DNA of 64,000 nucleotides from a virus (IMGVR_UViG_2713897221_000004:36004-100003); one strand, 5' to 3'; shown: positions 1-9,412, numbered from the stretch's first letter. Notes: generated by a model not told the origin, from the letters alone. Program-made: numbers and translations.

Positions 1-359
1 GGGATAGCCCAGGCAGTGATTGCCTTGTACAGGAACAGCTTCGGGGCTGGGGTGCTAATGAGGGCCTGAAGCGCAGAAAGCGACTGGACCTTGCGCGCCT
101 TGTGGGTGCTGTACTTCGCCACCAGAGCGTTCCAGTGCTTCGGCTCGAGGCGACTGTGAAGCCGCGCCGATACCCAGCAGTCCACCTGGATGCGATCGAT
201 GGCGTCTACGCCGCGGGAGCGGACGAGGGTCGCCAGGTCTCCGCCCTCCTCTTCATCGGCAGAGTTGTACAGCTTCTGCCATGCCTGTTTGCTGGTGTTG
301 TCGATAGCTTCGGCGGCGAGGGCCGAAACAACAGCGTTCAATACGCCTGGATAGATCAT
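1..359 (-). CDS. Putative late antiterminator (Q-like), runs off window
   Basis: Own translation MIYPGVLNAVVSALAAEAIDNTSKQAWQKL...; ATGA overlap with ninG stop; sits in the Q position. Confidence 0.5.
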   Translation of the reverse strand, partial: MIYPGVLNAVVSALAAEAIDNTSKQAWQKLYNSADEEEGGDLATLVRSRGVDAIDRIQVDCWVSARLHSRLEPKHWNALVAKYSTHKARKVQSLSALQALISTPAPKLFLYKAITAWAI

Positions 360-940
360 GCTGCCCCCTTTAACTCTCTGGTCTTTGCCCGGCACTCGGC
401 CTTGATGGTCTTCAATTCTTCGATGGTGTAGCGCTTCGCTTCATGCGGCCCCTCCAACCACTCCACCTTCTCGACGCCGATCCGCTTCACCAGCTCAATG
501 CGGTAATTCACGATGTCGCCGGACTTGTGGTTGTTGCAGGGCGCGCACTGCTTATGGACGTTGAGCGGCTCGAACCGAAGCTCGGGGTTGGCCCCTACAG
601 TGCGGTAGTGGCCGGCGTGGTACTGGCCTTCGTGGTGACGGCCACAGCTGACACACGGCAACGCAGCATCGCGCAGGCGAACCCACTCGTTGAAAACCGC
701 CTGCGTTTCCCGGAAGTGGTCGCTGCGGGTCTTGATGCGCTCCTTGCGGACTTTGATCTCGCGGCGGTCACGCTGGGCGATGGCCTTGCGGGCTTTCTCC
801 TGATTCACCGGAGCAATGGCCAAAGCGCACTTCGGACTGCACACGGCCTGCCCCAGGCGTTGCGGAGGGAAGCTGATCCCGCATGCTGGGTTCTTGCACC
901 TCTTCGGCTTGGGTCTCTTGATTGGGGACTCGGCTCTCAT
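356..940 (-). CDS. ninG: NinG/Rap recombination endonuclease
   Basis: FNEWVRLRD, CVSCG, AGHYRTVGA, NVHKQCAPCNNHKSG motifs. Confidence 0.9.
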   Translation of the reverse strand: MRAESPIKRPKPKRCKNPACGISFPPQRLGQAVCSPKCALAIAPVNQEKARKAIAQRDRREIKVRKERIKTRSDHFRETQAVFNEWVRLRDAALPCVSCGRHHEGQYHAGHYRTVGANPELRFEPLNVHKQCAPCNNHKSGDIVNYRIELVKRIGVEKVEWLEGPHEAKRYTIEELKTIKAECRAKTRELKGAA

Positions 941-1335
941 CAGAGGAAGTCCTCCGAATTGACACGCTTCCCCGTGCGACGGAAGTATTCAGCGCTTTTG
1001 GCATTGGCCAGCAGCTTGCAGCGGTTGCAACATGAGCCTTTAGCTCCGGCCTTAATGGCCTTCGCCGTTCTCAGGACGTAATAGCCGCAAACACACTTAC
1101 AAACCCACCGAGCCTTTGTTTCGGCCGATATGCCAAGCGCGATCAGTCGACCGAACTTAACCCCAGCGAGGTTCAAGAAACCTGGCAAGCACAGCTCAAG
1201 ATCGGTCGGCGGCCGGATCGAAAGCGGAAGCTCCGAGTCGGCGTGCTTCTCATCTACGTGATAATCAAACGACTCACCGCGCGACACTACTCGCGCCGCC
1301 ACGGAATTCACTGGGCGATCATGTCCATTTTTCAT
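940..1335 (-). CDS. Zn-binding protein resembling the N-terminal domain of HNH/AP2-type endonucleases
   Basis: GVKFGRL...WVCKCVCG...SCCNRC; ATG at 1335 overlaps upstream stop. Confidence 0.55.
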   Translation of the reverse strand: MKNGHDRPVNSVAARVVSRGESFDYHVDEKHADSELPLSIRPPTDLELCLPGFLNLAGVKFGRLIALGISAETKARWVCKCVCGYYVLRTAKAIKAGAKGSCCNRCKLLANAKSAEYFRRTGKRVNSEDFL

Positions 1336-1802
1336 GCGGCCTCCTGGCTCAGCAGATCGTCGAAGTACACGCCCTGGGGAGCAAAGCGCGCGACGATACG
1401 GTCGGTGTAGGCCACGCCCTGGGCGCGATTGAAAAGGCTTGTCACTGGGAACCCGTCCGGGCCAAACAGCTTGCAGCCGCCCATCATGGCGAGCTTCGTC
1501 TCGTACGGAAGGTGGCGCATGACCCGGTACCACTCGGCCTGGAACCCAGCGTCCTCGTTCAGCAGGATCTGCACGCCGATGTGCAGCTTGCAGTACCGGC
1601 GAGCGTCGGCCTCATCGCCGATCTGGGTCATCTCGGAGATGCGCTTGTACATGGCGAACCACAACCGGTTTTGATCCAGGGTGCGATCCTTCCCGGGGCG
1701 CAGGGATACCACGACGAACTTCTTGTCGCGGAACATCGCGCTGAGCTTGGTGATGGCCTCGGAGAGCTTGGCCGGGCAGTTGACGCTGATCTTGTCGGTC
1801 AT
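1332..1802 (-). CDS. NinB-like phage protein
   Basis: RTLDQNRLW motif; nin region; coupled start/stop. Confidence 0.5.
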   Translation of the reverse strand: MTDKISVNCPAKLSEAITKLSAMFRDKKFVVVSLRPGKDRTLDQNRLWFAMYKRISEMTQIGDEADARRYCKLHIGVQILLNEDAGFQAEWYRVMRHLPYETKLAMMGGCKLFGPDGFPVTSLFNRAQGVAYTDRIVARFAPQGVYFDDLLSQEAA

Positions 1803-2035
1803 AGAAGCCCCGCGAAGTCTTCAAGCAGCCCTTGTTTGTCCTCGGCCAGCTTGTCGCGCTCCTTGCGCAGCGCCTCGTTCTCCTCGATCAGTAGCAGAGC
1901 CACTTCCTCCACCGTCTTGTTGCCCAGAAGTTCTTCCAGCGCGTCGGCATGACGGAGAAGATCACCATCGTCAGCCTTCCATGAGGCCACTACGGACCAC
2001 AGCAGAGACTTCAACTTTTCCTTGTCGACATTCAT
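1799..2035 (-). CDS. Hypothetical phage protein
   Basis: Translationally coupled ORF, coiled-coil C-terminus. Confidence 0.7.
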   Translation of the reverse strand: MNVDKEKLKSLLWSVVASWKADDGDLLRHADALEELLGNKTVEEVALLLIEENEALRKERDKLAEDKQGLLEDFAGLL

Positions 2036-2814
2036 TGCGCCGCCCTCCCCGCTTCCAATTCCTGGGCCTGCTGAACCAGCATCGCCCGGCGATCCGCCAA
2101 CTCGTTGGCTGCTTCAATCCGCATTTCGTCCTTCCTTTTGGCTGATGCCGCTCGCATTTCCAGCATCGAGTTCCTCACGGCCTCGAGCTTTGCCCGCAGC
2201 TTTGGCGATGGCCTGGCCACCTCACCGGTGAGCAGTGCTACGACGGCCCGGCCGTCCTCGGTAACTGGCATGACGCTCAGATCGGCCAGGTACAACCGTC
2301 CGCGCTCCTGCGGGATACGCTGCATCTCCACGGCCTTGGTGACCGCCTGGATGCGGCGATTGGCGTCGAAGCCCACCGAGACGTGCCAGTTGACCGGCTT
2401 GGCGTCTTCCCGGGCCTGGCCGACGAACCGCTCGTAGGCGCTGATGAACGCCATGCGCGCCCCCACCTTGTCGCCGGCGTCGAGAACAGGCTTTGCAGCG
2501 GCCAGGGCCAGCTGAATCTCGTCGGTCAGCACCACGGTTTCGAACTCGTCACTGGTGGTCATGGCGATGGCCCAGGCCTCATCCTTGCCAGGGCGCCCAT
2601 CAGCCGATTGGGCTTGCTTCAGGATCGATGCAACTGTGAGTCGACCACCTTCGATCCGGCAGCTACGAAGTGCCGCGGTAAGCACCGGCTCGGCGTATTC
2701 GCGCAGGTCCTCGACCATCAGTAGTGCCGCAGCCTGGGTGAGCTGCTGCCCCATCACCTCGGCAGTGGCAAAAAGGGACAGGAGCAATTGGTCTTGCTGC
2801 GCGTCATTCAGCAT
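2032..2814 (-). CDS. Replication-associated protein in the lambda P position
   Basis: Follows the initiator; likely start MLNDAQQ. Confidence 0.55.
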   Translation of the reverse strand: MLNDAQQDQLLLSLFATAEVMGQQLTQAAALLMVEDLREYAEPVLTAALRSCRIEGGRLTVASILKQAQSADGRPGKDEAWAIAMTTSDEFETVVLTDEIQLALAAAKPVLDAGDKVGARMAFISAYERFVGQAREDAKPVNWHVSVGFDANRRIQAVTKAVEMQRIPQERGRLYLADLSVMPVTEDGRAVVALLTGEVARPSPKLRAKLEAVRNSMLEMRAASAKRKDEMRIEAANELADRRAMLVQQAQELEAGRAAQ

Positions 2815-3769
2815 GGGTTGCGACCCTCTTGGCTCGAAGCGCTTCAAGGGCCTGCTCGGCAGCGCTGAAGTTGGTTTGGGTGTGCTCGATCTGTCGAGCC
2901 GTGGTCCCGTTCATCTGGCGATTGGTGACCCACTGGGTGTGGTAGCTCTCGGCGTTGACCAGCAGCTCGTTGAGGCTGTGGCACTTGCGCACGACACCGG
3001 CATCACTGTTCTTCAGGAAGTGAGCGGCTACGTGGTGGGCGACATCAGCCCCGAGGCGGTCGACAAGTTGGCCAAGCTGGCCACCGACCTTTGCGTTCCA
3101 TACCGGCCAAGCGCTGTAGCGCTTGCGGTAGGCCATGGCGTAGTTCGCCCAGACCTTGAAGGTTTTGCAGGACTGATCTTTCGGCCCTGGCATGTCGGCC
3201 GGGATTTCAACCCGCGGCGCTTCGAGTCGATCCAGAGCCACCAAGCCACCGGACGGCGCCGGCTTGTCCGGGCCGCTCTGAAAATCCTGACTGGTACCCT
3301 GATTGGTATCCTGATGATTGGTATCCTGATTTGTCGGATTTTTTTCCGACCCTTGCTCGGATTTTCTTCCGACCTTGCTCGGAGATTTTTCCGAGGTAGA
3401 TCGGATTTTTTTCCGACCTTTGTTTTCTGGTGGGGTCGGATATTTTTCCGACCCGTCGAGCTTCTGATTCCACTCGATCGCCTTCTCGGTGAGCCGGAAA
3501 AGCGTGATGTTGGAAGTGCTGGAAAGCTCGATTAAACCGGCCTCATCCAGGGCTTTCAGCATGCGATAGGCAGTGTCTGGCTTGTCGGTTAGAAGCGGCA
3601 GCTCCTCGACGATCTTGGCCTTGCTCAGCGTGAAGAAGATCCCGTCGTCGGTCTTTACCGGCTTGGTCCAGCTCGGGCAGCCGTAGATGAAGGCGAACAG
3701 CAGGGCCTGTTGAGAGTTCAGCCCCCACTCGAGCGCCTTCACCTGGTTGATCGTGATGGTGAATTGCAT
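2804..3769 (-). CDS. Phage replication initiator (O-like)
   Basis: N-terminal wHTH-like segment and an internal iteron cluster. Confidence 0.8.
   Translation of the reverse strand: MQFTITINQVKALEWGLNSQQALLFAFIYGCPSWTKPVKTDDGIFFTLSKAKIVEELPLLTDKPDTAYRMLKALDEAGLIELSSTSNITLFRLTEKAIEWNQKLDGSEKYPTPPENKGRKKIRSTSEKSPSKVGRKSEQGSEKNPTNQDTNHQDTNQGTSQDFQSGPDKPAPSGGLVALDRLEAPRVEIPADMPGPKDQSCKTFKVWANYAMAYRKRYSAWPVWNAKVGGQLGQLVDRLGADVAHHVAAHFLKNSDAGVVRKCHSLNELLVNAESYHTQWVTNRQMNGTTARQIEHTQTNFSAAEQALEALRAKRVATHAE
3333..3453. repeat. Replication origin iterons
   Basis: About 5 palindromic TCGGA-(T-rich)-TCCGA units inside the initiator gene, as in lambdoid origins. Confidence 0.75.
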
Positions 3770-3770
3770 T

Positions 3771-4577
3771 TCAGGCCTTCCCGACCAGTGCGGCCAGCTC
3801 GAGGAAACGGTCCACGTACCAGTGAGGCTGGGTTTCGCGTGGGGATTGCGGGCTGGTGAGGTTCTTGCCGTAGGCCATGCCCTTTTCAGTCACTGACCAG
3901 AAGTCGACCATCACGCCTTTAGAGTTGCGGCGCTGGAGCTGCTTGAGGAGGCCGCGGGCCTGCAGTGCACGGTTGAACGCAGCCGGCGCGTAGCGGATGC
4001 CGTGATCTTTCAGGAGAGCTGTTGCCGACTTGGTAGGCATCGATGAGCCACCTGTCGCGTCCGGCGCTGCATCGACGGCGTAACTTGGCAGAAACTTCGG
4101 GTCGAGCCCGTTGTTCTCGGCGATTTTGGTGAGCATCGCCATCTGGCAAGACGCGGCCGGCTTCAGCAGGCGCGTGAAGCACTCCATGATCGCAATCTCA
4201 CCGACGACCTTGGTGCCATTGAGAAGGACCTGCTCCCGTGCGCCCTGCTGCTGTTCCAGCTCCCGCCACCGGCGGATCACCTTCATGCGCATCGGCGCGC
4301 TGTAACCAGTAAGCAGGCAATCGGTGTGTTCGCGATCGAGCTGGTACTGCACCTGCTCGCGATTGCGACCATCCAGGTAAATGTCCTCAAAGTTGAGGGC
4401 ATCAGCCTTCAGTTCTTTCAGCATCGCCAGAATGTCGCGCTTCACGTTGTCGTGACGCTTGCCGGTGATGTTCGCGATCTCGCGGGAAGACATGGTGGTA
4501 CGCGACACGTTTTCAGAACTGCAAAAACGTGTCGCGACATTTGTCTGGGTGTTGATTGAATCGGTGTGGGTATGCAT
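3771..4577 (-). CDS. Rha-family regulator/antirepressor
   Basis: MSSREIANITGKRHDNVKRDI (Rha) plus an ANT-like C-terminus. Confidence 0.85.
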   Translation of the reverse strand: MHTHTDSINTQTNVATRFCSSENVSRTTMSSREIANITGKRHDNVKRDILAMLKELKADALNFEDIYLDGRNREQVQYQLDREHTDCLLTGYSAPMRMKVIRRWRELEQQQGAREQVLLNGTKVVGEIAIMECFTRLLKPAASCQMAMLTKIAENNGLDPKFLPSYAVDAAPDATGGSSMPTKSATALLKDHGIRYAPAAFNRALQARGLLKQLQRRNSKGVMVDFWSVTEKGMAYGKNLTSPQSPRETQPHWYVDRFLELAALVGKA

Positions 4578-4668
4578 AATCGGCCCCAATCAGGTGGTAT
4601 CGAATCAGCCGGGGCGCAATCCCGGCTTTTTTGTGTCCGGAATTCGGCAGAGGCCCTCTGGATTACCC

Positions 4669-4887
4669 TTAAGAGTCCCTGCCAGAGGCCCTCATTGGGG
4701 TCACCAGTTGAAGGACCTTGGCCTTCTTCCTTCCAACTTCGGAAAGCGCGCCACAGGCAATGGCGTTTTCCATCACTTCGTTGATGGCGCGACTGAAGTT
4801 CCAGCCGTTGGTGCACATCAGTTCCTCTACCCGCTGCCGCGTCTTTGGCGGCAGCCTTTCGAGCTCTACGGTCATTCGGCCCTCCAA
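4669..4887 (-). CDS. Hypothetical phage protein
   Basis: ORF in the cro operon. Confidence 0.55.
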   Translation of the reverse strand: MEGRMTVELERLPPKTRQRVEELMCTNGWNFSRAINEVMENAIACGALSEVGRKKAKVLQLVTPMRASGRDS

Positions 4888-4894
4888 AGGGGCT

Positions 4895-5095
4895 TTAGCC
4901 CGCGATATCTTCTTGTTTGTCCTGCATCAGCTCCTCGATCACTCCGTTGGCCACTGCCCACTCGATGATTTCGTACAGGTAGGTCGCATGCTGCATGCGG
5001 GTCTTCGTTGCAGCCCTGCGCAGAATCCGATCAAGAACTGGCTCGAAACGAACCTTCACCGGAATGGCGCGCTTTTGATTGGGGTCCATGTACAT
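4895..5095 (-). CDS. Small ribbon-helix-helix-like regulator (cII position)
   Basis: VKVRF strand plus helices; GGAG RBS. Confidence 0.55.
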   Translation of the reverse strand: MYMDPNQKRAIPVKVRFEPVLDRILRRAATKTRMQHATYLYEIIEWAVANGVIEELMQDKQEDIAG

Positions 5096-5149
5096 GCTTC
5101 GTGCTCCTGGCTTCAGAAATGGAAAACTTGGATCAAGTGGGCGGTATGA

Positions 5150-5326
5150 CTACGCAGCAGCGTCTTGCTGGCTGGCTTTCAAGGCGCCCTTGGTGATTCG
5201 CTCGATCTGGTACTGGCGCAACTCGGGCACCACCTCCCACTGACGGACAGCCTCGTAGGTGACGCTGAGGGCCTTGGCCAGCGCGGAGATAGAGCCGAAA
5301 TGCTTGATTGCTTGCGACTTGGTCAT
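5150..5326 (-). CDS. cro: Cro-like repressor (58 aa, not in ORF track)
   Basis: MTKSQAIKHFGSISALAKALSVTYEAVRQWEVVPELRQYQIERITKGALKA; AGGAGG RBS; divergent from cI. Confidence 0.88.
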   Translation of the reverse strand: MTKSQAIKHFGSISALAKALSVTYEAVRQWEVVPELRQYQIERITKGALKASQQDAAA

Positions 5327-5354
5327 ACCGACCTCCTTTGCTCTTACTCATATT

Positions 5355-5402
5355 CAAGCATGCTTGTGTTTGCAAAACAAGCATGCTTGACAAGCACTCT
5401 TG
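5355..5402. promoter_or_regulatory. OR operators (3 x CAAG-N4-CTTG)
   Basis: CAAGCATGCTTG at 5355 and 5378; CAAGCACTCTTG at 5391; between cro and cI. Confidence 0.8.
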
Positions 5403-5414
5403 TAGATTGCAGCC

Positions 5415-6272
5415 ATGAAAACCACTGAACGAATCACCAAGCTGGTAATGGCCCGAAAGCCAGCCATTGGCGTGCGCAACGTTAAGCGCGATATCGCAAC
5501 CACGTGCGGCATCAGCTATGAGGCTGTGCGCCAGTGGTTTGCCGGCGATACCGAGAACATTAAGAACGAGAACCTGGTGGCGATCTCTGAGGGCTACGAC
5601 ACTACTGTCGATTGGCTGCTATCAGGCAAAGGTGAGCCACCAAGAAGAAAAGAATCGGCGACAGCAACTGGCGATTCGGCAGGCAACTCCAGCGCAGCTG
5701 ACCTGGTCCAGAAGATGCTGGAAAAACACGGAAAAGGCTTGCCTGAAGAAGCTCGCCAGAAGATCGTTGACGCTGTCGCAGATGGGGCAGCAAATGGCCA
5801 AGCTGGAAACGTAATCTCTGCCGACTTTTCCGGGCGCCGCCTGCAACCTGGTGATATTTCTATCCCGCAATACGACATCCGCGGCGCCATGGGCCATGGC
5901 CAGGTACCGGCTGAATACTCCGAAGCAATCAGGAACGTTGTTATCAGCGAGGATGTGCTGCGCGATAAAGGTATCCAGTACTCGACCGCGGCCAGTCTCG
6001 CGATGATTACCGGCTGGGGCCAGAGCATGGAGGGCACGATCAACGACAAGGACCCTGTCATCGTCGATCGAGGCATCAGTGAATTTGCAGGTGACGGCGT
6101 GTACGTCATCACCTGGCATGACCTGCTCTACATCAAGCGGCTCCAGGTGCATGACGCCGATCATTTCGAAATGATCTCGGACAACCCGAAGCACAAGGAC
6201 CGAGTCGTCCCGATTGGCGATGTGATCATCCACGCCAAGGTGCTGCTGGTCTGGAATGCTCGGAAGCTTTGA
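5415..6272 (+). CDS. cI: CI repressor (HTH + S24 peptidase)
   Basis: HTH GISYEAVRQW; GQSMEGTI and IKRL catalytic motifs. Confidence 0.93.
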   Translation: MKTTERITKLVMARKPAIGVRNVKRDIATTCGISYEAVRQWFAGDTENIKNENLVAISEGYDTTVDWLLSGKGEPPRRKESATATGDSAGNSSAADLVQKMLEKHGKGLPEEARQKIVDAVADGAANGQAGNVISADFSGRRLQPGDISIPQYDIRGAMGHGQVPAEYSEAIRNVVISEDVLRDKGIQYSTAASLAMITGWGQSMEGTINDKDPVIVDRGISEFAGDGVYVITWHDLLYIKRLQVHDADHFEMISDNPKHKDRVVPIGDVIIHAKVLLVWNARKL

Positions 6273-6278
6273 CTCTGA

Positions 6279-6482
6279 ATGACAAAGAAACAACCGGCGG
6301 ATGCCAAGGCAGCAACTGCTGCTGATATCGAGCGATCCATCCAGGCCCTCAACAAAATGGCTGAGAGGCTTTGGGGTGATGGGAGAGAGACCGAGGCGAA
6401 AGCCCTCCTCGATGCCCTGGACGCGCTGAATCGGGCGCTCGACCGGATCAGGATTGGAGAGAGCCGCAGGGTTCTTCATTGA
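6279..6482 (+). CDS. Hypothetical protein
   Basis: Helical ORF directly after cI. Confidence 0.6.
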   Translation: MTKKQPADAKAATAADIERSIQALNKMAERLWGDGRETEAKALLDALDALNRALDRIRIGESRRVLH

Positions 6483-6536
6483 AACGTACACGCCCTAGCT
6501 GAAGGCTGGGCGTATTAACAGCGAGGCAGATGGCTG

Positions 6537-6701
6537 ATGGGGCTGCTCGATTTTTTATCCGACCTTCTCGGCGGTCTCGCTAATCTCCAGCCTTACGAAA
6601 AGCCTCGCAGGGTCTTCACGCGAGGCTTTGTTGTATTCTGCGTGATGGTGGCTGTTATTGAGCTGATAGCGCTGAACCAGTTCTATGCATCGCGGGCATG
6701 A
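6537..6701 (+). CDS. Small single-pass membrane protein (54 aa, not in ORF track)
   Basis: MGLLDFLSDLLGG...GFVVFCVMVAVIELIAL. Confidence 0.45.
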   Translation: MGLLDFLSDLLGGLANLQPYEKPRRVFTRGFVVFCVMVAVIELIALNQFYASRA

Positions 6702-6794
6702 GATGAAGTCGGTAAGTGTGGGGCGGGGTGCCGGCTTGCCGGTTAGCGGCGAAAACCGGCAAGCGACTTGTTGAATTATATCTAGGAAGATATA

Positions 6795-7217
6795 GTGTAC
6801 GAACTGATCGTGAGCGACGATGCTACTGCCGATCTGGAAAGGTTACTGCAAGAGAATCGCGTGGTTGCCTTGAGGGTCATCGCCCTCCTGGAACAGCTTT
6901 CTTGCGACCAAGACCTTCTCGACAGGCTTACACAAGACGGGTATGGGGGCTCCCCCAAGCATCCGATCAGGGGCGCCGTAATCAATATCGGCAAATGGAT
7001 TAGCGCTCAGAGAAAAGGACTGAACCTTTGGCGGATGCGAGATTTCGAGCTATCCAGAAAAGGGTACGAGTACCGAATTATCTATGCATTCAACCCCTCT
7101 AAGGATCAGTACCTCGTCCTTGCGGTCGTTGAGAGAGAATTTGATTATGACGAAAGCCATCCTATTACGCAGCGCATCTATGCAGCCTATAACGAGCTTG
7201 ATGACGACCAGTGGTGA
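6795..7217 (+). CDS. RelE/HigB-like toxin
   Basis: YELIVSDDATADL start, LWRMR, YRIIYAF, VLAVVER pattern. Confidence 0.65.
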   Translation: MYELIVSDDATADLERLLQENRVVALRVIALLEQLSCDQDLLDRLTQDGYGGSPKHPIRGAVINIGKWISAQRKGLNLWRMRDFELSRKGYEYRIIYAFNPSKDQYLVLAVVEREFDYDESHPITQRIYAAYNELDDDQW

Positions 7218-7632
7218 GGCTCTGACTAGTGTGCCTCTCACGGGCGTTGTCGTTCAGTTCTCTGCCTCCTTTCCGCCTGCCCCGCTTGCAAAAAAGAACT
7301 CGGCTTTTGCCGGGCTTTTAGGGCGCATTGAGACTGATAGTTCTCTGAATGAGGAGCTGAGGAGGGCCAGAGCCTCGGTTGCTGACGAGTTTTACGACGA
7401 AGAGGGAGAGACTATAAAAAGCCTCCGCCTCAAGAATGGATGGAGTCAGCAGAAGTTTTCCGAGCTGTTGGGAACGACGCAGGCTCAGGTTGCACGCCTC
7501 GAAAAGGGCAATATAGACCCGCATCGGTCCACCTGTAAGCGACTTCGCCAGGTTCTTAACATCTCGGCAGAGAAGCTAGAAGAGATAATGGACAGACAAG
7601 AACGGCTATTTGAATCTCGGACGACCAAATGA
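7201..7632 (+). CDS. XRE/HigA-like HTH antitoxin
   Basis: IKSLRLKNGWSQQKFSELLGTTQAQVARLEKG; overlaps toxin stop; start uncertain. Confidence 0.75.
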   Translation: MTTSGEALTSVPLTGVVVQFSASFPPAPLAKKNSAFAGLLGRIETDSSLNEELRRARASVADEFYDEEGETIKSLRLKNGWSQQKFSELLGTTQAQVARLEKGNIDPHRSTCKRLRQVLNISAEKLEEIMDRQERLFESRTTK

Positions 7633-8063
7633 ACCGCTACACATACTCCATTTTTTGTGACGATATCCGCAATGAAGTGAATGGTAAGACCTCCCTGATC
7701 GGCGTTGTCGGAGGCCTGTTGTACGTAAACACTTTTCCTTGTGTTATTCCAAAACTTTGCGTCCTCATCACTGCAGTGACGGATCACGATAATCCTTTCA
7801 AGAGTCTCACTTTCAAGGTTCTGGTCGGCGAAGACCCAGCATTTGACGTAACCCTGGGAGAAGATGAAATTCAGAAAATCTCGCAGGGACAAGAGCTCAT
7901 TGAGGATCCAAAGGGGTTTGCAGCACAGGCAGTAGTTGTCATGTCCCCGCTCAGCCTTCAAGGTCCAAGTACAATCAAAGTTTTTGTCGTGGCTGATGGG
8001 GAAAAGCTTGACTGTGCCTCTCTTCAGATTTCCTTGGCCCCAGAAGGCGCCATTCTTGGATAA
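7629..8063 (+). CDS. Beta-rich hypothetical (DUF6941-like), third gene of the TA operon
   Basis: FCDDIRNEVNGKTSLIG motif; ATGA coupling. Confidence 0.6.
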   Translation: MNRYTYSIFCDDIRNEVNGKTSLIGVVGGLLYVNTFPCVIPKLCVLITAVTDHDNPFKSLTFKVLVGEDPAFDVTLGEDEIQKISQGQELIEDPKGFAAQAVVVMSPLSLQGPSTIKVFVVADGEKLDCASLQISLAPEGAILG

Positions 8064-8081
8064 GAAATTTACCTAACATAT

Positions 8082-8105
8082 GCCCGGCCCAGCGCCGGGC
8101 TTTTT
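8082..8105 (+). terminator. Intrinsic terminator
   Basis: GCCCGGC-CCAGC-GCCGGGC followed by TTTTT. Confidence 0.75.
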
Positions 8106-8134
8106 GTTTCCGCCCATTACTGCTGGATCAGCGA

Positions 8135-8962
8135 CTATGCCTTACCGCCGTATCGCTGCCAGGCAAGCACAATTTCCTTCATCGCGTTTTTCTGCGATTC
8201 CGGCAGAACGAAGTCATGGTAATACTGACGACCGTCGTAGCGAATTACGACTTTCTTGGCTGCAATGATCTTGTTCAGCATGGCCATGTCCTTGACTCTT
8301 GAATCTGACCATTCCCAAATGCTTCCCGCTCCATTGTCACGCTCAAAATCCATATTTCCCAGGTTGAAGACTTGATCATCTGCCTTGATGGTCACGCTTT
8401 TGACGAAGAGCCAGCTGTCTGCGTAATAGTTGAATTTCATCCGCAGCGGATATTGAGATGCTGATCCATCCTTTGTTCCGAAATACAGCGACATGTAGTT
8501 GTCCAGCACCGGTTCTGACTTGTGGGAAATCCATGTCACCCCTTCTATTTCGTCCGTATTCTTCCGCAGATTCGCATCAAGACGGGTGATAACCTGCTTC
8601 TGCTCTTCCGCCGCCCTAGCTGCTTCTAGCTGTTTTGCTTTTTCGGCAGCTTTAATCTTGGTGTTTACGTCGCTTAGCACAGATTTTGCACTCAGAGCCT
8701 GCTGGGACTCTGGGTAACGAGCAATCAAATCAGTAAGCGTCTGCTTTGCTGAGTCCAGAGCCGGCTGAGAAACTTCGTTCTTCGCCCTAGCCAACAACCG
8801 ATCCGGACCATTTCGCTCAGCCTCCAACTCTGCACGAAGGGTACTGATCTCCCCCTGGAGCTTGCTCACTTCTTGCTGAAGCCTTGCGGCGTTCTCTTTA
8901 TCGGCCTGACCGCAAGCCGTAAGTGACACTGCAAACCCTAGCGCTACAAAAAATTTATTCAT
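8135..8962 (-). CDS. Lipoprotein with coiled coil (moron)
   Basis: MNKFFVALGFAVSLTA-C lipobox. Confidence 0.75.
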   Translation of the reverse strand: MNKFFVALGFAVSLTACGQADKENAARLQQEVSKLQGEISTLRAELEAERNGPDRLLARAKNEVSQPALDSAKQTLTDLIARYPESQQALSAKSVLSDVNTKIKAAEKAKQLEAARAAEEQKQVITRLDANLRKNTDEIEGVTWISHKSEPVLDNYMSLYFGTKDGSASQYPLRMKFNYYADSWLFVKSVTIKADDQVFNLGNMDFERDNGAGSIWEWSDSRVKDMAMLNKIIAAKKVVIRYDGRQYYHDFVLPESQKNAMKEIVLAWQRYGGKA

Positions 8963-9045
8963 GAGTTCCTTCTCCGTGTAAGTCACCATATCCTACCAAA
9001 GTGCCACTACGTCGCCCGCTACTGAGCGGGCTTTTTGTGACCAGG

Positions 9046-9363
9046 TTAAAAAGGTGGTGGCTCATCCACCTCCTCCAGCTCCCCTCCTTCGATCACCCGA
9101 TCCTCATCGCTCGGCCTGTCCCACTTCAAGGTGACCGTGCCGTCATCGTTGAAGGTCATGTCGATACCGTCGGTTTCATCGAGCAACTCGAGAACCGCCT
9201 CCCATTCCTGGTCTCCGTCCGTATCAAGACGGTGGATCGTCACCCAGCGCTGAATCTGCGCCACTGGCGAACCAATCATTGCTGAAACCCTGAGCCCCAA
9301 CCGCTCCAGGCCAGTTAGCTCTGGCCGCTCCTGCAGCCCCTGGCTCTTCTTCTGCTTACTCAT
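9046..9363 (-). CDS. DUF1654-like Pseudomonas phage protein
   Basis: LGLRVSAMIGSPVAQ...DDGTVTLKW pattern. Confidence 0.7.
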   Translation of the reverse strand: MSKQKKSQGLQERPELTGLERLGLRVSAMIGSPVAQIQRWVTIHRLDTDGDQEWEAVLELLDETDGIDMTFNDDGTVTLKWDRPSDEDRVIEGGELEEVDEPPPF

Positions 9364-9381
9364 ACTGCACCTCATGAATAG

Positions 9382-9397
9382 CTGTACATGCATACAG
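9382..9397. promoter_or_regulatory. LexA (SOS) box
   Basis: CTGTACATGCATACAG = CTG-N10-CAG, upstream of the DUF1654-like gene. Confidence 0.75.
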
Positions 9398-9412
9398 TAT
9401 TAAAAATAAGCA

